Below, piece by piece: positions 55,963-64,000 of a DNA stretch of 64,000 nucleotides. Position 1 is the stretch's first letter; each line of letters starts with the position of its first letter. The notes below the pieces were generated by a model. That model saw nothing but the letters and a program-made list of their open reading frames with translations, had not been told where the DNA came from and did not search any database. The stretch lies in contig OZ024764.1 of the NCBI GenBank assembly GCA_964016885.1, positions 1,612,001-1,676,000 on the forward strand. The letters are read 5' to 3'. The position numbers and the translations under genes were made by a program. Source of the DNA: Eledone cirrhosa (lineage: Eukaryota).

Positions 55963-56499
55963 TCTATATATATAGTGACCAATAGGGCAGTCTTTTGTAG
56001 GAGAACAATTTGTGTTTCGAAGTCTATTTGTTTAAGGTCCCCCTCTCAGTTTTAGTGACATCAACCCTGAAACTGCAACAACTAGAATTACCTTGTAGCT
56101 GTTATATGGTAGTGGAAACATCCATACAATTTGTGATTTGAGGTCTATTTCTTCACGATATCCTCTAAATTGTTCTACCATCAAACCCCAAACTCTAGTT
56201 GTGCTATTCATCACATTCGTGTAATTTGGGATCTAAGGTCTATTTGCTCACAACATCCCACTCAGGTGGTATTGACAGCATTCATAACTATAATTGTTTC
56301 TACTTTTGGCACAAGGCCAGCAGTTACCCAGTACATTACTGGTACTTTATTTTATTGACCCCGTAATAATAATAATAATTGTTTCTACGTTAGGCACAAG
56401 GCCAGCAATTACCCAGTACATTACTGGTACTTTATTTTATTGACCCCGTAATAATAATAATAATAACTAGCTGGAACAGTGAAAAAATTCACAGATAAT

Positions 56500-58870
56500 C
56501 ACCTCTCTCTAAATATATATTATAACACCCCTCTCTCTCTATATATATTATAACATCCCTCTCTCTCTATATATATTATAACACCCCTCTCTCTCTCTAT
56601 ATATATTATAACATCCCTCTCTCTCTATATATATTATAACATCCCTCTCTCTATATATATATTATAACATCCCTCTCTCTCTCTAAATATATTATAACAT
56701 CCCTCTCTCTCTATATATATTATAACATCCCTCTCTCTATATATATATTATAACATCCCTCTCTCTCTATATATATATTATAACACCCCTCTCTCTCTAA
56801 ATATATTATAACATCCCTCTCTCTCTATATATATTATAACATCCCTCTCTCTCTCTAAATATATTATAACATCCCTCTCTCTCTATATATATTATAACAT
56901 CCCTCTCTCTATATATATATTATAACATCCCTCTCTCTCTATATATATATTATAACACCCCTCTCTCTCTAAATATATTATAACACCCCTCTCTCTCTCT
57001 AAATATATTATAACATCCCTCTCTCTCTATATATATATTATAACATCCCTCTCTCTCTCTAAATATATTATAACATCCCTCTCTCTCTATATATATTATA
57101 ACATCCCTCTCTCTCTATATATATTATAACATCCCTCTCTCTCTATATATATTATAACATCCCTCTCTCTCTATATATATTATAACACCCCTCTCTCTCT
57201 CTAAATATATTATAACACCCCTCTCTCTCTCTAAATATATTATAACATCCCTCTCTCTCTATATATATTATAACACCCCTCTCTCTCTCTAAATATATTA
57301 TAACACCCCTCTCTCTCTCTAAATATATTATAACATCCCTCTCTCTCTATATATATATTATAACATCCCTCTCTCTCTCTAAATATATTATAACATCCCT
57401 CTCTCTCTATATATATTATAACATCCCTCTCTCTCTATATATATTATAACACCCCTCTCTCTATATATATATTATAACATCCCTCTCTCTCTATATATAT
57501 TATAACATCCCTCTCTCTCTAAATATATTATAACACCCCTCTCTCTCTCTAAATATATTATAACACCCCTCTCTCTCTCTAAATATATTATAACACCCCT
57601 CTCTCTCTCTAAATATATTATAACATCCCTCTCTCTCTATATATATTATAACACCCCTCTCTCTATATATATATTATAACATCCCTCTCTCTCTATATAT
57701 ATTATAACACCCCTCTCTCTCTATATATATTATAACACCCCTCTCTCTCTAAATATATTATAACACCCCTCTCTCTCTAAATATATTATAACATCCCTCT
57801 CTCTCTATATATATTATAACACCCCTCTCTCTCTCTCTAAATATATTATAACATCCCTCTCTCTCTATATATATTATAACACCCCTCTCTCTCTCTCTAA
57901 ATATATTATAACATCCCTCTCTCTCTATATATATTATAACACCCCTCTCTCTCTCTAAATATATTATAACATCCCTCTCTCTCTATATATATTATAACAT
58001 CCCTCTCTCTCTATATATATTATAACACCCCTCTCTCTCTCTATATATTATAACACCCCTCTCTCTCTCTCTAAATATATTATAACACCCCTCTCTCTCT
58101 CTAAATATATTATAACATCCCTCTCTCTCTCTATATATTATAACACCCCTCTCTCTCTCTAAATATATTATAACATCCCTCTCTCTCTATATATATTATA
58201 ACACCCCTCTCTCTCTCTCTAAATATATTATAACACCCCTCTCTCTCTCTAAATATATTATAACATCCCTCTCTCTCTCTAAATATATTATAACATCCCT
58301 CTCTCTCTATATATATTATAACATCCCTCTCTCTCTATATATATTATAACATCCCTCTCTCTCTAAATATATTATAACACCCCTCTCTCTCTCTAAATAT
58401 ATTATAACATCCCTCTCTCTCTATATATATTATAACACCCCTCTCTCTCTCTCTAAATATATTATAACACCCCTCTCTCTATATATATATTATAACACCC
58501 CTCTCTCTCTCTAATATATTTTAACCCCCTCTCTCTATATTATAACCCCCTCTCTCTATATTATAACCCCCTCTCTCTATATTATAACACCCCTCTCTCT
58601 CTAAATATATTATAACACCCCTCTCTCTCTAATATATTTTAACCCCCTCTCTCTATATATATTTTAACCCCGTCTGTCTATATTTAACCCCCTCTCTATA
58701 TATATTTAACCCCTTCTCTCTATATTATAACCCCCCCTCTCTCTATATATATTATAACCCATCCCTTTCTGTATATCATAAACCCCTCTCTTTAAACATA
58801 GTATAACCCCTTCTCACTATATATATATAATAACCCATCCCTTTCTCTATAGTATAACCCCCTCTCTCTC
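56500..58870. repeat. ~28-32 bp minisatellite TATAACAYCC(CT)n(AT)n
   Basis: Direct periodicity, degenerating toward the 3' end. Confidence 0.9.
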
Positions 58871-58999
58871 CTTCCGCTCTTTGATTTTCTTTGGCCGTAG
58901 ATTGTTTACCACCCCCCTTCCATTGTTTTACTGAGAGTGTGACACACATGGTCGGATGTACCCTCCTTAGGTATTAGTGTATTAATATAGAAGGGGTTT

Positions 59000-59250
59000 T
59001 ACTTTTGGCACAAGGCCAGCAATTAACCCCAAGTGTATTACTGGTACTTCATTTTATCAACCCCGTAATAATTGTTTCTAATTTTGGCACAAGGCCAGCA
59101 ATTACCCCAGGGTACTTTATTTTATTCACCCCGTAAGAATGAAAGGCAAAGTTAACCTTGGCGGGATTTGAACTCAGACCGTAAAGGGGCGTAACTATGC
59201 TAGAAAACATGGTGTCCGACCCTCTACCAATACTGCTAAACCACCGCCAC
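59000..59250 (-). mobile_element. SINE family C with duplicated tail
   Basis: Central domain and tRNA-like head on - strand. Confidence 0.75.
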
Positions 59251-59251
59251 T

Positions 59252-60900
59252 AATAATAATGAAATTATTGTGTACAGTGCTCAGGTGCACTACAACTCAT
59301 CAAAGGTGCATGTATAGTACATAGAATAATGTACAAATGTCAGGGAAGTGAACAGTGTATGAGTCGTGATATACATGTGTGTGTGTTTATGGAGGGGGGA
59401 CATCAGGTGTAGTGTTGGCGAATCGCGTATGGAAGTTTTAAAGGATGCAGTGTCTCGACAGCTAACAACTGATGTAGGTAGTTTGTTCCATGGAGGTTTT
59501 AAAGGATGCAATGTCTCGACAGCTAACAACTGATGCAGGTAGTTTGTTCCATGGAGGTTTTAAAGGATGCAGTGTCTCGACAGCTAACAACTGATGTAGG
59601 TAGTTTGTTCCATGGAGGTTTAAAAGGATGCAGTGTCTCGACAGCTAACAACTGATGAAGGTAGTTTGTTCCATGGAGGTTTTAAAGGATGCAGTGTCTC
59701 GACAGTTAACAACTGATGCAGGTAGTTTGTTCCATGGAGGTTTTAAAGGATGCAGTGTCTCGACAGCTAACAATTGATGCAGGTAGTTTGTTCCATGGAG
59801 GTTTTAAAGGATGCAGTGTCTCGACAGCTAACAACTGATGTAGGTAGTTTGTTCCATGGAGGTTTTAAAGGATGCAGTGTCTCGACAGCTAACAACTGAT
59901 GAAGGTAGTTTGTTCCATGGAGGTTTTAAAGGATGCAGTGTCTCGACAGCTAACAACTGATGCAGGTAGTTTGTTCCATGGAGGTTTTAAATGATGCAGT
60001 GTCTCGACAGCTAACAACTGATGCAGGTAGTTTGTTCCATGGAGGTTTTAAAGGATGCAGTGTCTCGACAGCTAACAACTGATGTAGGTAGTTTGTTCCA
60101 TGGAGGTTTTAAAGGATGCAGTGTCTCGACAGCTAACAACTGATGCAGGTAGTTTGTTCCATGGAGGTTTTAAAGGGGGCAGTGTTTCGACAGCTAACAA
60201 CTGATGCAGGGAGTTTGTTCCTTGGAGGTTTTAAAGGATGCAGTGTCTCGACAGCTAACAACTGATGAAGGTAGTTTGTTCCATGGAGGTTTTAAAGGGT
60301 GCAGTGTCTTGACAGCTAACAACTGATGCAGGGAGTTTGTTCCTTGGAGGTTTTAAAGGATGCAGTGTCTCGACAGCTAACAACTGATGCAGGCAGTTTT
60401 TTCCATGCTTCAGCAACTGGAAGTGTGAAAATATGTTTTTGAAAGTCATGGGAACTGTGCTGTTTTCTGACTTTGTTGGCATGTCCACGTGTGTTAGACA
60501 CATGGAAATCAAAAAGGTGCTCAGGGTTGTTGTTGGCGAGATGGTTAATAATTTTGTGGGTGTTTACCAAGTCAGTTGCCAGACGTCGGAGCTTCAATGT
60601 ATCCATACCCAGGGAAGCAAGGTGTTCAGAGTATGGTAGATGCCTGATGGAGGGTATTCGCTTGGTTGCACATCTCTGAACAGTTTCCAGGCGGTCAATA
60701 TTCTGAGCAAGATAGGGGTTCCAGACTGGTGATGCAAATTCTAAGTGTGGCCACACCATAGCTATGTACAGCTTTAAATAGATATCTGGAGAGCGGCTGA
60801 CAAAGGTCTTGCTGAGTGATGCTAAGACACCCTCGGCCTTCTTGACAATTTTAGAGACTTGCTTCGTCCAATGCAAATCACTGCTGACAGTAATGCCCAA
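59252..60900 (-). mobile_element. CR1-like LINE 3' portion with a 61-bp array (about 16 units, 59428-60407)
   Basis: LGITVSSDLHW...PHLEFASPVWNPY...NTRGH...WKKLPASVV; (ATT)n tail. Confidence 0.9.
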
Positions 60901-62055
60901 TATCAATATCTATTTCCTCGAGACATCCTATTATCAAGCTCAAAACTCTTAGTTATTGTGAGCTATAACATCCATACAATTTCTGTTTCAATGTCTACTT
61001 ATTCAAGACATCCCTCTCCCAGTTTTAGTGGTATCAAGCCCAGAGCTCCTATAACTACTAGAACTATCTTAATGTTGTTATGTAGTATTAACAACATCCA
61101 TACAATTTGTAAGTGAAGGTCTTTTCAAGATATCCTCTAAAGTTTTCTATGAAGCCCCACACTCTAGCTGTCAGGTGGTATTGACAATTATCTGTTTCAA
61201 TATTTATTTATTTAAGACGCTCCATTCTCAGTTGTCTTAACCCGTTAGTATTTACATTACTCTATATATACTATTATATTTTCATGGTAAAGGCTTTACC
61301 TCACATAATATCGAATCTATGAGATTTTGAAAGTATTTATTTTGAGAACAATACCTTAACATCAGTTTGAGCGACCAGTTACAGCCAGTTTCAATAGAAA
61401 GAGGTTAAAAATTCTGGCCAGTTTTGGTCGGTTTGAACATTAAAGGGTTAAGTCCAAAATTCCTAAAACAACTAGAAGCTGTTGTGCGGTGTTAACAACA
61501 TCCAAACAATTTGTAATTTGAGGCCTATTTCCTCAAGATATCCGCTAAATATTTCTACCATCAAGCCCCAAACTCTAGATGTTGTCTGTTTTTGACAACA
61601 TTCATATAATATGTGATTCAATGTCACCCCAAGACACCCCACTCTCAGTTTTAATTCTATCAAGTCCAAACTTCCTACAACAACCTCTAGTTATTATCTG
61701 GTATTGACAACATCCATACAATTTGTAATTTGAGGTCTATTCACGCTATCTTCTATAATTCTTTTACCATTGATCCCCAAACTCGAGCTGTCAGGTGCTA
61801 TTGACAACATTCACATTATCTCTTTTTCAATATCTATTTATTCAAGACACCCCACTCTCAGTTTTAGTGGTGTGAAGCTCAAATCTCCTACAATTGGGAT
61901 TACCTTCATGTTGTCAGGTGGTATTAAACACATCGATGCAATTTCATAAAATCTGTATATTTTGTCATTTGTTTCAGTACTTTCAAGGCCATGCTGTGGT
62001 CCCCTGGGGACAGTAACATCAATAAGCTGGCATTTACACCTATTTCTCTGCACAA
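60900..62055 (-). pseudogene. Degenerate, tandemly repeated REL-endonuclease C-terminal fragments
   Basis: CQLIDVTVP...KVIPIVG; recurring aacatccatacaatttgt..tttgaggtctattt motif, also at 22240-22500 and 56010-56280. Confidence 0.55.
61237..61451 (+). mobile_element. piggyBac-like MITE
   Basis: TTAACCC...GGGTTAA; homologous to 12436-12640. Confidence 0.7.
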
Positions 62056-62218
62056 CTACATTATTATAATTAATTGTAAACTTCCTATGAATTCTGCTTT
62101 GTTCCTACCTCATGCCGAGTGGCAGCTTGGCAGTTGAGCAGGTAAAATTTCATAATACACACTTTTAATTGTCACAAAAATGATGCCACAAACAACAGTA
62201 AATGTCTTTGAAAGGTAT

Positions 62219-63527
62219 TTAACTCTTCAGCACTTAAACCAGCCATATCTGGCCAGAATACTCTCACCTCTTTCTGTTCAAACCAGCTATAACCGTGCAC
62301 TCATACTTATGTTAAGGTATTGTTCTCAAAATAAATAATATCAAAATCTCAAATATTCAATATTATCTGAGATAATTATATGAGATAAAGCCTTTACTGT
62401 GAAAATACAATAGTATATATAGAGTAATGTAAATGTTATGTGAGATATTATGTGAGGTAAAGCCTTTACTGTGAAAATACAATAGTATATATAGAGTAAT
62501 GTAAATGTTATGTGAGATATTATGTGAGGTAAAGCCTTTACTGTGACAATACAATAGTATATATAGAGTAATGTAAATGTTATGTGAGATATTATGTGAG
62601 GTAAAGACTTTACTGTGACAATACAATAGTATATATAGAGTAATGTAAATGTTATGTGAGATATTATGTGAGGTAAAGCCTTTACTGTGAAAATACAATA
62701 GTATATATAGAGTAATGTAAATGTTATGTGAGATATTATACGAGGTAAAGCCTTTACTGTGACAATATAATAGTATATATAGAGTAATGTAAATGCTATG
62801 TGAGATATTATGTGAGGTAGAGCCTTTACTGTGAAAATACAATAGTATATATAGAGTAATGTAAATGTTATGTGAGGTATTATGTAAGGTAAAGCCTTTA
62901 CTGTTAAAATACAATAGTATATATAGAGTAATGTAAATGTTATGTGAGATATTATGTAAGGTAAAGCCTTTACTGTGAAAATACAATAGTATATATAGAG
63001 TAATGTAAATGTTATGTGAGATATTATGTGAGGTAAAGCCTTTACTGTGAAAATACAATAGTATATATAGATTAATGTAAATGTTATGTGAGGTATTATG
63101 TGAGGTAAAGCCTTTACTGTTAAAATACAATAGTATATATAGAGTAATGTAAATGTTATGTGAGGTATTATGTAAGGTAAAGCCTTTACTGTGAAAATAC
63201 AATAGTATATATAGAGTAATGTAAATGTTATGTGAGATATTATGTGAGGTAAAGCCTTTACTGTGACAATACAATAGTATATATAGAGTAATGTAAATGT
63301 TATGTGAGATATTATGTGAGGTAAAGACTTTACTGTGACAATACAATAGCATATATAGAGTAATGTAAATGTTATGTGAGATATTATGTGAGGTAAAGCC
63401 TTTACTGTGACAATACAATAGTATATATAGAGTAATGTAAATGTTATGTGAGATATTATGTGAGGTAAAGCCTTTACTGTGAAAATACAATAGTATATAT
63501 AGAGTAATGTAAATGCTAAAGAGTTAA
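62219..63527 (-). mobile_element. Same MITE family expanded by a 72-bp array (about 16 units, 62377-63515)
   Basis: TTAACTCTT...AAGAGTTAA ends; unit corresponds to about 61250-61310 of the unexpanded copy. Confidence 0.85.
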
Positions 63528-63836
63528 TCCACACATTTCACAAACAATTGTCTTACAAATTATGCCACAAGGACACAAACAACAGTAAATGTCTTTACAA
63601 GGTATATAAATTGATAAAACCCTTCTTAGTACTTGGACAGTACCAGTCAGCACTGTATCTCTTGCAGAGAGAGATGGCTCTCTGGCTATCTGGTCCAAAT
63701 TGTTTTCAGTTCCCTTTTGTATCAATCCAAGTACACCAATCATCACTGGTATTGTACAGGCCTTCAGATGCCAAATTATATTATTGTTGTTGTTATTATT
63801 AGAGCAGTGAATTGGCAGTAATTAGCAGAGCATTGT

Positions 63837-64000
63837 ACATGTTTTCCTCAGACATTCTAACCACATGTCTGTAGTATCAGAGCTGTTATCTCTCAATTCA
63901 GAGATTCTTTCCTCAGACATTCTAACCACATGTCTGTAGTATCAGACCTGTGATCTCTCAATTCAGAGATTCTTTCCTGAGACATTCTAACCACATGTCT
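63837..64000 (-). repeat. 65-bp RTE-C-derived array running off the window end
   Basis: Reverse complement of the 12981-13435 unit. Confidence 0.9.

Noticed and set aside
62341-63534. 397-aa hydrophobic repeat ORF suggesting a membrane protein
   Set aside because: 72-bp array inside a MITE

Overview
AT-rich animal genomic DNA dominated by repeats, most likely a cephalopod such as Octopus (inferred from the CORE-type and Meta-type SINEs and the RTE LINEs, not proven). The only host gene visible is the 3' end of a spliced + strand gene (exons 1-69, 4011-4127, 4562-4762, 8080-8156). It encodes GCxxGD...C...CY...CCxTC cysteine-rich modules and a hydrophobic C-terminus. The rest is mobile DNA: one near-full-length RTE LINE (27315-30883, one frameshift), fragments of three other RTE families, CR1-like, REL-endonuclease and Penelope-like (GIY-YIG) relics, tRNA-derived SINEs, MITEs and very long (TA)n/(CA)n tracts. 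Two patterns stand out. (1) About 16 type I hammerhead ribozyme motifs from at least 8 unrelated sequence families, several in short asymmetric fold-back cassettes inserted in (TA)n. (2) Many transposon classes have had an internal 48-116 bp piece amplified into a tandem array, usually at microhomologies. There is also a TSD-flanked SINE carrying about 600 bp shared with a locus 34 kb away. Most ORF-track ORFs are artefacts of repeats.
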